In this document: piece by piece, positions 1-11,084 of the stretch | How positions within the stretch are numbered: the first letter of the stretch is position 1 | How the letters are laid out: each line of letters opens with the position of its first letter | Source: Hormiphora californensis | Taxonomy: Eukaryota > Animalia > Ctenophora | NCBI GenBank assembly: GCA_020137815.1 | Contig: CM035353.1 | Location: 7,564,001-7,628,000 of the forward strand | DNA: 64,000 bases | Direction: 5' to 3' | Position numbers and translations under genes: made by a program | The notes under the pieces: generated by a model | The model's input: only the letters and a program-made list of their open reading frames with translations | Told to the model about the DNA's origin: nothing | The model's database searches: none

Positions 1-567
1 ATAACAAGAAACAAAGCGTTTAACTTTCCAATCAAATATAACATGTCTCAATTTTGTCGGGATAACATATGAGGAACATTGAGACATTTTCCCAAGGGAA
101 ATTTAATGAGTGACGAAAATTTGAGACAACCACGGCAGTTCATGCAAGAAAACAAAATCCATTGCAGTTAAGTGGTGATGTATGTGTGACATGTACAAGC
201 TAAACAATGTCCCACACAATTACACATGTCATTTGGCGGCGTTGAGTGATTGCCAAGGTTACCTCAGCTATTATACTACTACATGTTTAAATGTTTATAT
301 GCAGACCTCCTGATATGTCAAATTTACCTCAAATTTACACCGCTGGTATGGCTATAGGTCACTAAACCTTACAAAACGATTCCCTAAACCAACACCCTCC
401 ATACCAATGCCGTGGTATGGAGGAGGATGTTGGTATGGAGGTATGGGTGCTGCCCCTGCACGTGCAAATTGGTGAGTGGACGTGTGTTCCTGCTGCAATT
501 CAGTGACTGTGTAATCTCACAATCGCCAGCACAGGGAATGGTTATCTATAGATTCGGTACGATCGCC

Positions 568-653
568 CATGTTTGATAATCAGAGTTTTTGTTATTCTCT
601 CTGTGGCTGTTCAGCCACAGAGAGAATAACAAAAACTCTGATTATCAAACATG
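568..653. repeat. 86-bp perfect palindrome (42-bp arms, 2-nt loop)
   Basis: catgtttgataatcagagtttttgttattctctctgtggctg-tt-cagccacagagagaataacaaaaactctgattatcaaacatg. A 15-bp direct repeat tacgatcgcccatgt lies at 558-572 and 689-703. Confidence 0.9.
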
Positions 654-996
654 AGGCTAATAAACAGTTATCCGATCACCCAACTGTCTACGATCGCCCA
701 TGTGTTCTATAATATTCATAACTAGCCCGGTAGTGACGAATCAGCATCATTAGAATATCGCTAACAGCTGAACATTGCAGTGATTTATCCTCTTATGGAC
801 TATTGTAGCTGCTACATATATTGATTTTACCGCTAGATCGACAAAAAGAAAACAAACTCTACCATCGCTTACTTCTATACATATTGATATTGTCAATTGT
901 GTTGATGAAAAATTAAAAAAACTCTACCAGTGCTTGCTTCTAATACATATTAATATTCTATTGATGAAACAGCTTTAATAATACTACACAATAGCA

Positions 997-1150
997 ACAC
1001 GTGGAGGGAGTGACCCCTTGTTGTGATCTCACGTGGATGAGAGTTTGGTCAGGCATAGAAGACTTAAAGTTGTTCACCTTTGTAACATACCCTGAGTCTT
1101 CTATGCCTGACCAAACTCTGATCACCACAAGGGTCACTCCCTCCACATGT
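997..1150. repeat. ~150-bp imperfect foldback (MITE-like)
   Basis: Outer arms gtggagggagtgaccc / gggtcactccctccac; inner arms agagtttggtcaggcatagaagact / agtcttctatgcctgaccaaactct. Confidence 0.75.
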
Positions 1151-1792
1151 CTCCACTGCACGGAGGGTGCCATCAGCCCTACACAGCTGATCCGGGCAAT
1201 AGTAACACCACTGTATACTACTACTATTGATTACTACAACGCACTACACGCCGTAATATAGCGATTGCAGTTATAGTATGGGTGAAGCACACCGTATTCG
1301 ATCTATTGTATTGGTGCCCCATATAATAATGCAGGTATATCGGTAAAAGTGATCGGTAATTTGATGAATTACCAAGAAACAGGAGATTAATTCCCCGAAA
1401 TGTATGATTGACTGGGAAATTTTTGACATATATATGTAATTAAACTTCTCTGGAGGTGAAATGCTTATTTGTAAATTAATTGGGGCCGCGTATTGCGAGG
1501 ACATAAATATTACAAATCAGAAAAAATGAATTGGAATTACAAAAAGCCACCATTTGCATTGATTTTTATTGTATTTGTAAATTGGGGTATAAAAATACAG
1601 TTTTTGTGTGAAGACAATACGATATCTACAAGGCCTGAAAAACGATATCTACAAGGCCTGAAAAACTAGTTAGTTAGACATTGTCGTTGACCGATGTGAC
1701 GATGTCCACGTTAGACTAACTTCTGGTAGGACAGTAGCTACAAGAGTAATATGTAATAGTCACGACTGCAGCTGCAGCAAGTGAGCAACTTT

Positions 1793-1931
1793 CAATCGGA
1801 CCCCGATTTACCAGAACCCCGATTTACCGGGAGGCTAAACTTTTCTCGATATAGGAAATAAACAGTGTTTGACCCCGGTGTACCGGGCAAAACCTTTTTC
1901 CCGAGCATCCCGGTAAATCGAGTTCCGACTG
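1793..1931. mobile_element. Tc1/mariner (pogo-like) MITE, short copy
   Basis: Termini caatcggaccccgattta ... taaatcgagttccgactg. Same family as 10030-10879 and 26889-27061. Confidence 0.7.
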
Positions 1932-2174
1932 CACTTCTCGGATCACAATACGGCTCAACAACACATTTCATCAACAGTTTACAAATATATCCCGAGTCAT
2001 ATAAATTCTATGCTTGTAGCTGGTGACAGTTGTGCAAGCATAGAATTTATAGTCACGTGATTTGTGTACCAATGTTATGTATATTATGGGCCGTACACAA
2101 TATATTGTACACATGCCCTTCATTGCTATACGATATCAAAACATTAATACACTCCAAATCCTACTAAATTAGTA

Positions 2175-2420
2175 GGGGGTATACACTTAGATGTATAATC
2201 CCGGATAACCCGGATAGCTTGGATAACCTGGATAATAGGTATTTTCAGGAAAGCCATTCCAGCCTATACGAGATGAAAAACTTCGGTAATCAAGCCTAGA
2301 AGACTCGTTTAACACAAATAGATCAGATAACTAAGTCCAGATATTCTGAATTGTCCTCTGGGTTATCCTGAAAATACCTATTATCCGGATTCCGGGTTAT
2401 CAGGGATTATACATACCCCC
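2175..2420. mobile_element. MITE with GGGGGTAT termini
   Basis: TIRs gggggtat / ataccccc; subterminal inverted ggataataggtattttcagga / tcctgaaaatacctattatcc; tagta on both flanks. Confidence 0.65.
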
Positions 2421-2725
2421 TAGTATGTATGTACGTAGTTCTAAAGTTGGAAACAACAGATTTAGCGTACTTTTTAGTGTCAGCACAAAAAGTAACCCAA
2501 AAATGAAAAATAGAACTACTATAACCATAACAGTAGACGAAAAGTCATGTCAACCATTGCTTGATAGCTGATACATATTTTGCTGTTTTTATTGATTGAT
2601 TGATTTTTGCTGATTGTGTTGAGTATCATGGCACAGCTGGAGGGATGATGCTGACTCCTCTATATTGTAAATAATAGATAAATACTAGATAGCAACCCGT
2701 TGTTTGGGGTACCATGATAGCCAGC

Positions 2726-3019
2726 TCCGTTGTACTTTTCTTTGTACCAACAAACATTTTAACACGTCCATGGCAATCTCGCACGCCTTTTTGACGGCGT
2801 GTTAAAATTTTGTCATCCAACGCGACCGTCAAAATCGTGCGTGAGATTGTTAATTTTAGAATGGGGAGAGAAATTTTAACGGCCGCTGGTGTGTGCAGGT
2901 TTAAAATTTTAATTTTAATTTTAATCATAACTTTGGTGTGTGGTGTGGAGCAGTGTTGATAAGAGCGGTTGTCATGGACGTGTTAAAATGTTTGTTGGTA
3001 CAAAGAAAAGTACAACGGA
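2726..3019. mobile_element. Foldback element with ~50-bp inverted arms
   Basis: tccgttgtacttttctttgtaccaacaaacattttaacacgtccatg is inverted at ~2973-3019. The internal part recurs in reverse orientation at ~16250-16440. Confidence 0.65.
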
Positions 3020-3163
3020 TATCTATAGAGGACCCAGGGCAACCTCTTTTAGCTTAGATCTGATTTCTATCACCCCCTCCCCAATAAAATACTATATAAA
3101 GGAGGGCCGAGGGTTAGAATATAACAATGGGCACCCTCTCTTAGCCTCTCTAGGAGCAATAAT

Positions 3164-4064
3164 TTAGAAACGTATGTAAAGAAACTCAGGGAGATTGACG
3201 TACTCCCAATGACTCAAAAATTTCAATATAATGATCTTAAGTTGTTCCATAAAATATTCTATGAAACATCTCCTATAAAATTTCCATCTTTCCTACAAAA
3301 ATACGATCCGGAATCACATTTCAGACGCACCACCAGACAACAAACGAAACGAGACAGAACGAACATTATATGCATTGAACAACCCAGAGTGGACCTGTTC
3401 AAAAACTGTTACTTCTACCGTTGCCACCTTGAGTGGAATTTACTGCCTCAAGAACTGAGAAATACAACCGAACACAATTTATTTTCCTCCAAACTGAAAG
3501 ACCATCTCTGGAACGCCTTACATGACACAACTTAATTCGCCTCTGTGGTGGGGGTCCCTTTCTCTTCCTTTATTTCTGCAGTATCTCTCCCACCTCCACA
3601 CATAGCTCATTCTTTACATTGTACTCAAATATGAGGTTTGGAGTGGTGTTGAACAGTTTGAAACAGGACGGGCGCCCCACCACAGATATGAATTCTATCT
3701 GATATAAATCTCTACCAACAGCCGACGGTATACTGAATTTTGGATGGGGATTATGGGGGAGGGGTGGGGGACTAGGAAAAATGGGCAAGGGTAAGTAATT
3801 ATTTTTATCATTAATGAGTGAATTAAAATTAACCATCTAGTCTAGTGTGAATAGCCTTATAGCCATTTCTATTTTTATTTAGCTATTAAAAGTATACTAT
3901 ATTAGTCTGTTTGTCCGTAGTGTGCGAGAACTGTCTGTGTGTGAATTTTTATAGTATTTTGAGGTGTAAGCGCTCCGTCTATATTGACACTCCGTCAATA
4001 GGAGCCAACCGGGATATTGTCTTTATATATTGTATATCGATTTTTATCCTTTTTCAAATCAAAT
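3164..4064 (+). mobile_element. 5'-truncated CR1/L2-group LINE (ORF2 C-terminus plus 3' UTR)
   Basis: ORF 3209-3535 (FHKIFY...FKNCYFYRCHLEWNLLPQELR...FSSKLKDHL) matches the typical post-RT C-terminus. It ends in an (aaatc)n tail. Candidate TSD caataat at 3157-3163 and 4065-4071. Confidence 0.75.
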
Positions 4065-4448
4065 CAATAATCAGGTTATTGGAAGAGATTGAGGAGACCC
4101 CTATTATATATTTACATATTATATTCTGACTCATTGTTACCGGATTATTCAAACGATTTTTCTAAAAAAAATCAACGGACATGGTCCTTGTACAGCTTGT
4201 TGCGGGGCATTGTCATTAAAATATTCATTCTGTTGTAGTTGAATATTTAAATAGACACGGGAGGAGGCCTATACCATTTAATGATAGAGGGTGCAATCAG
4301 GCTATATTTATTTTGTTGTTTTTCTTCGATCGTGTTTTTTGTTGTTCTCCGATCGTATTTTTGTTGTTGTTTTATTTATTTTTTTTTGGTTATTACTTAT
4401 TTTGATAAAGACTACCGACATGCATGTTCATATAGCTTGTTGTATATC

Positions 4449-5958
4449 ATGATAAACGCGGAGCTGGATTCAATAATATCCGAACTGAGGAACATGTCAA
4501 CTGTGGATCAGGAGAGCAGCGGGTTCTGGAGGAAGGATGAGATAGCTGAGGTGCTATTGGATGTGGAAGGGGAACGTATAGACCAATGGGTAGGTTGCCT
4601 AGCTAGACTGTGTTAGGGTTAGAACATAACAATGGGTAGGTTGTACAGCTGTAGTCGATGGGGTTTGACTATAACTCTCAACGCAGCTGCCATCTAGCCT
4701 CTGCCAACAAGTCATGGTCCAGCAGTAGTCCCCTATATAATGCCATTCATTCTTTCTAAACCATCCCTCTTATTGTTCAGGACGCAAGAAAGATACTCGA
4801 GGAGGGCCAGGGGGTAGCAGCAATCAACATGACATACCCCTCCATGGGGGTGTTTGTCACAGTCATCCTCTTTACCACAGAGGTGGCGGAGGACCTGGAC
4901 GGCACTGATGCCTGGGACAGGATGACTACCTTCCTGGTGAACTCAACCAGGGGTAACCGTGATGTAACGGAGCGGACAGATACCATTGCAATTCCAGTGA
5001 TAGAGCTGATTGTATGGCTAGGTTACCCTATTGCCATGGTGATAATGTCTACCATTTCCTTTCTGTTGCGGTTGACAAAAAGAGAGAACTGGACATTGAG
5101 ATTGTTGCGATGTAACCAGCCCTTTTGGTGCTGTGTTAACGGGTTACTTCTAGTTGGCTGTGTGATGCATGTTTATCTTCCATACCGCTACTTATATGTT
5201 AAACCCATCTTACTAATATTGGCACAGGGCAGCCTAGGAGCCTTCAAGCTTAGCTCTATTACAGTTTATGTATTTCAAATATATATGATAGCGTTCCCGC
5301 TGAGGTTTAGAATTCACAAAAAGTGCATTGTTCGTATTGCTGCAGTTTCAAGTTGGTTCCTTGTCTTTCTCTTTACAGCCATATTCACAGTATGGTTTGT
5401 TATCGAGGCGAACAACCGTCACTCACTGTGCTTCTTCCAAGGTAGACAATTTGCATGGACCACAGTCTCAAATACCATCTTAATAGGTAGCTTTGGGATC
5501 AGTCTGCTCTGCTGTGTCATCTATATCTCCATCTCATTTAGGAACTACATGGTATCCCACAAGCTAGTTTCTACTTGCCGACACAGGATTAGTATGCTGA
5601 CTGTTGTTAACTCGCTCGTTGAGATCAGTATACGATATAATCCTCCTCTCTATCAGGCTCTTCAGCAATGCTGGTAGCTGTGTTAGCTTCGCTATGGTGG
5701 TGACCAGTGTGGCGGGTAGCTGCTCCTTTGTCCGTCGGGCACTCTATCTAATGGGTAATCTCTCCATGTGTGATATCCTGCAAACTCTCCATCCAGCTCT
5801 CTCTTCACGAGGCTACCTTCCTCACGTATAAGTGGCTGAAGGCTGGAGTAGCCAGGGTCCGGAACTCCGGGACCCTCAATAGGGCCAGCAAGACATTTCG
5901 AGAGGTACTGGGACTAAAAGATGATGCTGCAGCTCCGGCTAAGGGACACAGAATATAA
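4449..5958 (+). CDS. Divergent multi-pass 7TM (GPCR-like) protein, apparently frameshifted near the C-terminus
   Basis: Exon 4449-4589 joins 4781 through a phase-0 GT..AG intron. Five clear hydrophobic segments, with IAFPLRFR after TM3 and Trp in TM4. TM6/TM7 and the tail continue only by switching frame at ~5625 and ~5775. Confidence 0.55.
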
Positions 5959-6744
5959 TGCGCCATGTTGATATTAGCAGCTCTTTTTGAATTTGAAAAT
6001 GTAAAAAACAAAATAAAATTTGCTGTTAAATTATTTTTTCTGGCTTCGGAAATTGATAAAAACTGAGGAATAAGAAATAAAGTACATACTAATTTTGATA
6101 ATTATAATTAAGGAGGAACATGTCAATAATATTGCTAACTAACCAGCTCCATAACCAAATCTGCAGGGACGGGGAGAAAAGCCAGCCAGAGCTCTGCAGA
6201 GAAGCCTTAACCTAGTCATTGGGCAATAGGATGATGAATAAATCATCGTCAGGGGCTTTCATTAGGGCACTATATTCAATATTCAATACAAGTAGCCTTT
6301 ACATTCCAAACCAACATAGCTGAGAATCATATAATTGGAGCCCATGCATTGGAGATGGGCATTGTAATACATTATGCAGTGCACTAGAAACCTTGAAACT
6401 ATATGTCCTATATGGTTACACATTAGCATCTTTAGAGCTCACCCATTATGCGTATGATAATGAAACAGCTTGAAATTGTGTGATGAACATGCTCAAATCC
6501 ACTCTCAACCACTATAGGTCACACTTTCTCAGATCACTATAGTTTCGGCAGAATCGGTCTCAACTGCAGTACAGCTCAGTCACACACTATCTCTCGCTCT
6601 TATCACGCACACACACACGAGCACACCTACCGAGTCATTAGCAGTACTGTTGCCGGTGCCGTCACGATGCCAGTCAAGGATCACCGACATTATGTGCGGA
6701 TATCCAGTACCGCAAACTACTACACAAGCTACTACATGTCTTAA

Positions 6745-7543
6745 AGGTTGACAAGATACCTAAAACTTTTAGTCTATCGTCTTTTTTTCGATTTATCATT
6801 AATTTTAAGCATTTTTCAGAACCACTCATTTATCAGTAGACCCCCTATTTCGCGGTGTGCGGACTCTAGTGCTACACTCTAAGTCTAAAGAGGACTCTAT
6901 ATCTAAATTTAGATTTAGATAAAGAGTCCAAATAATTCTAAGCTCTAGGAGGACTCTTTATCTAAAAAGTCTACACAGGGCGGACTCTTTATCTAAAAAG
7001 TCTAAACAAAGTGGACTCTATATCTACATAAATCTAAATTAGATATAAAGTCCGCCTTTCGCCACGAACTCAAGATTTCGGCCGTTAGGCCGGAAACGAG
7101 AGTTTGCTCTACCCCTATACTAATTTAGAAGTGTTAGGGCCGTTATTTGGGTTCGAGGTTAGGGTTAGGGTTAGTGTTAGGGTTAGGTTTTGGGTTGGAT
7201 TAGGATTTTAGACATAGAGTCCGGGTTGGAGGATTTGGCGCCAAAATGTGCTAGAGGACTCTATATCTAAAAATTCTACACAGGGCGGACTCTTTATCTA
7301 AAAAGTCTACACAGGGAGGACTCTTTATCTAAATTTTTTTCAAAATCTAACTGTAGATAAAGAGTCCATTTTTAGATATATAGAGTCCGCCTTGGATTTA
7401 GATAAAAAGTCCGTTAGCACTAGAGTCCGCCCACCCTATTTCGCACATGTTTCTAGACAATAAAAATTCTGAAAGAATGCTTAAGACTAATGATAAACCA
7501 AAAAAATACGACAGACGAAAATTTTTAGTTATCTTGTCAACCT
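6745..7543. mobile_element. Outer MITE (AGG termini, Kolobok-like) hosting a nested insertion
   Basis: TIRs aggttgacaagata / tatcttgtcaacct with long degenerate inverted arms; ttaa on the left flank. Confidence 0.6.
6854..7435. mobile_element. Non-autonomous Mutator-like element with internal telomeric repeats
   Basis: 21-bp TIRs ggtgtgcggactctagtgcta / tagcactagagtccgcccacc; 9-bp TSD ctatttcgc (6845-6853, 7436-7444); many ggactct(a/t)tatctaaa subterminal repeats; (ttaggg)-like run at ~7157-7205. Confidence 0.85.
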
Positions 7544-7577
7544 TGAGACATGAGGATGGATGGATTGTAAAAGAGAA

Positions 7578-7653
7578 CTGTGTTAAAAAGCAAAATATGT
7601 CAGTTCAACATGCTAGTAGCATGTTGAACTGTTATGTTTTGCTGTTTAACACA
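7578..7653. repeat. Imperfect palindrome
   Basis: ctgtgttaaaaagcaaaa...cagttcaacatgcta-g-tagcatgttgaactg...ttttgctgtttaacacag. Confidence 0.75.
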
Positions 7654-8514
7654 GTCAGGCATCACGCTGAACCTTTCTTGCGGGCTTCGCTCAATCGCTC
7701 CTGTGAGCGAGCTGAGAGTGGTCGGATACCACAGTATCACACGCTACTGCACAGGGGAGAGAGTCTGAGGAACTGATCGGTGTGGGGGAGATGTACATTA
7801 TTAGTAAGCTGCATTGCCGCTGTGGTCCTGCAGGAACTCACAAAGATGGCAAAAAAGTTAATTTTGACACTCTCACACTCACAACGTGCGGTGTTCAATT
7901 GATGGATTGGTAGATCGCAGAATACATTATAATATATAGCATGTGTGTACATACAGTGCTCTAAAATAGCTCTATGAAGATCCGTTATTCAATAGAAGCA
8001 ATTATTGATGATTGCCATATTTCATATAAATATACCATGGCTCTGTGTGGGCACGCCTCATTCAATGCATGTGCATTGCACATTGTGCAAGAATGAGAGA
8101 AAAGGGCCTGCAAGCATTGAATTAGTAAGAACTATGTTTCCATAATGCTGTAATTATATTGCAGCGCCATGAAAATATGAATTATGAAATTTAGAATACA
8201 AGTGATCCATTGAGCACATTTTGTAATTCATATGTGCAATTATTCAGTAATGAGAACTGAGCAAGTATCAAATTAACTTTTTTCGATTTTGTTAATTTCC
8301 CCCATTTTCCTGCCCATTATTGCTCACATTTTATTAATGATTAATCAAGCAATCTCTTCTCAACCGACATCTGCCCGCTCGAGAATTCCCCATTAATCTA
8401 TTGTACAGATCAAGGCGTGTTCAAGCAACAGAATTAGAAGATACTAAAATACTACTAAAATACTACCAAAATACTACTAAAATACATGATCAATTATATA
8501 TTTTCACCTACCAT

Positions 8515-9146
8515 AGAGGGATATCATACGACTCTTACTGAAGTTAGCAGGTGCTGATTGATTTCGCAATCGCTTACTGGAGTAAGCGACAGGTGCTGAC
8601 TGTTTTCCAAAATAACTCTTATTTTCTTGTAAGAGATATCAAGAGTAAGAGAATGGTGATTCCATTCTCTTGTGTCGTAAGCGCCGCTACTTAGCGACGT
8701 ATAAACTCTTAAAACTCTTAACTGACCGGGGATCACAGAATCTGGTCACGTGAAAGGTCACGTGATAAGTCCTAGTGCACAGGGATAGCCTGTGACTGCG
8801 TACATGTGATCGATAACAGCCAATCAGAATGCAGCTAGTGAGTGAGAGAGAGCAAGATAGTAACGCGCGGCGCTCTGGCACGTGCGGTTTGGGCGCTGGC
8901 AGGCTTTTACATGTTGCAACATGTAAAAGCCTGCCAGCGCCCAAACCGCACGTGCCAATGCGCCGCGCGAGATAATCTCTCTCAAGGGGGCACCCTGTCT
9001 CTCACTTTCTCTCCCCAATTCTTTTCCCTGTTGCTCACTAAGAATAAGAGTTTTGAGAAATTACACAGCACTGTCGCTTAAAAGAGTTATGCTGTCTGTT
9101 TTCTCGATTGTCGCTAACTGCAGTAAGAGTCGTATGATTTCCCTCA
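8515..9146. mobile_element. MITE with an internal 82-bp spacer-less palindrome
   Basis: TIRs gagggatatcatacgactcttactg / cagtaagagtcgtatgatttccctc; perfect palindrome 8876-8957 centred on ttgcaa. Confidence 0.75.
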
Positions 9147-9508
9147 TACTTGCAGATCTATATGTATACCGGGTGGGCAGTGTAATTTCAAAACAGAACT
9201 GAGAGTTTATTCTGGCACATACTATATTAAACTTGCGCTTCTGTTTTAGTCTAAGATCATTTCCACTTTCCACAGTTTATAAACGTAATAACGAGAAAGA
9301 GAGAGAGAGGGAGAGAGAGGGGGGAAAGAGGGGAGAAATATACGGAGAATTATTTCATTCTACAGTAAACTTCCACTTCTCTCTTCCTCGTTTATATGAT
9401 TTGGATTAATTCTCCTGTGAGAGAAGCACTACATGGCTGTTAGCGACATGAATTAAACACGGCTAATTAGTCCGCACTACCCTGGTACGTGGTGGTCGTA
9501 CACCTCTC

Positions 9509-9606
9509 TCTAACACATGAGATAACAGTATAATTACATGTCGAGTTCATGTTATTATAATTACATGAACTCTACATGTAATTATACTGTTATCTCATGT
9601 GTTAGA
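9509..9606. repeat. ~98-bp near-perfect palindrome
   Basis: tctaacacatgagataacagtataattacatgt ... acatgtaattatactgttatctcatgtgttaga. Confidence 0.85.
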
Positions 9607-10029
9607 TATTTAATTAACAAAATCATATAAAAACCGATTATTTTATGCTGATGAAATCAAAAGGAAAATTCAAAACCGAGCTACTTATATAATTGGGGGA
9701 ACTTCTGATTAGATGGGTTTATATCTAGATGTAAAAGCAAGTGCAATTGTACCTTTGTTATAACCAAGTGTTCGATATAGATTGCTGAAAAACAAAGAAA
9801 GAAAGAAACATTAGATGAGGTAGAGACTGAACTCCATGCGAAACAAGCAAGGGCTTGCTCTTTATAACGGGTGGGCGTTTATCCACCCAATATGTCTATG
9901 TAACGTTGCAAACATTGCGCACCTAGACAGAAATATGACGATGAGGGGAATAATGATTTCCTTGTGAGATCGAGATGAAATTATGGCTCATGGGACTACA
10001 AGTAAATTATTATGAACTGGCCGTTATTA

Positions 10030-10879
10030 CAGTCGGACCCCGATTTAACGGCACCCTCGGGGGAAAGGGTTTTGTCCGTTAAATCGGGGTGTCCGTTAAA
10101 TCGGGGTAGAGCATATTTGGCCCATAAATCGCTACTTTTGTCCAAAATGCTATACTAAAACACCTCTAAGTGTTAAATGCAATGTCCATGTATTGATTAC
10201 ATGATCATTTCTGATTAGAAAAAGAAAGTAATTTCAAGATAATTTCAAAATAAGTTATAAAAATTTTCTAAGGTTTCTATATCAACCACTTCCGAATCGT
10301 TTATCAAATCAGTGCATCTTATCCGCTTATCGCATGTCTTGCTGCTAATTAGACGAACCGATATGTGATACCATGCCGAATCGGGGCACTTTAAGCGGGG
10401 TGAGGAAGAATTTGAATTTCAAAATATATTTTTCTCTGAAAATTCATGGGGAGCACCGATCAAAGCATTGACAATCATTCTGTAAAATTTTGCAAAAAAA
10501 GTTATGAGAATTTTTCAAAGGTATATCAACCACGTCCGAATCGTGTTTCGAATCAGTGCATCTTATCGCACGTCCTGTCATTAATTAGACGGTTCGAAAC
10601 GAACCGATACGTGATCCCCATGAGGCCAGTTGAACAAGTGTCAAAATTGCGATTCGATGGGCCTCATGGGGATCACATATCTATTCGTTTCGAACCGTCT
10701 AATTACCGGCAAGACATGCAATAAGATGCACCGATTCCAAACACGATTTGGACGTGGTTTTTCAAAAAAATTTCAAAAATAAAATTCAAAAAAAATTTCA
10801 AAAAATTTTGGGGGAAATTTATCCTGCCGTTAAATCGGGGTGCCGCTAAATCGGGGGCCGTTAAATCGGGGTTCGACTG
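10030..10879. mobile_element. pogo/Tc1-mariner-like non-autonomous element
   Basis: TA-flanked TIRs cagtcggaccccgatttaacgg / ccgttaaatcggggttcgactg; internal direct and inverted duplications at ~10250-10760. Confidence 0.85.
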
Positions 10880-10993
10880 TACTAAGAGTGATGTCCTATA
10901 AAGGAGTAATATATGGTGGCATTAATTCAATAAATGCACCACTTTACTCTAGCATGAGTAAATTAAAGAAGGTCAGAAGATTTAGAAACGATA

Positions 10994-10996
<3 letters not shown>

Positions 10997-11083
<87 letters not shown>
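10997..11083. repeat. (GA)n microsatellite
   Basis: Uninterrupted GA run. Confidence 0.95.

Positions 11084-11084
<1 letters not shown>

Noticed and set aside
7157-7205. Chromosome end or telomere fusion
   Set aside because: Short, degenerate, single-orientation tract inside a TSD-bounded transposon.
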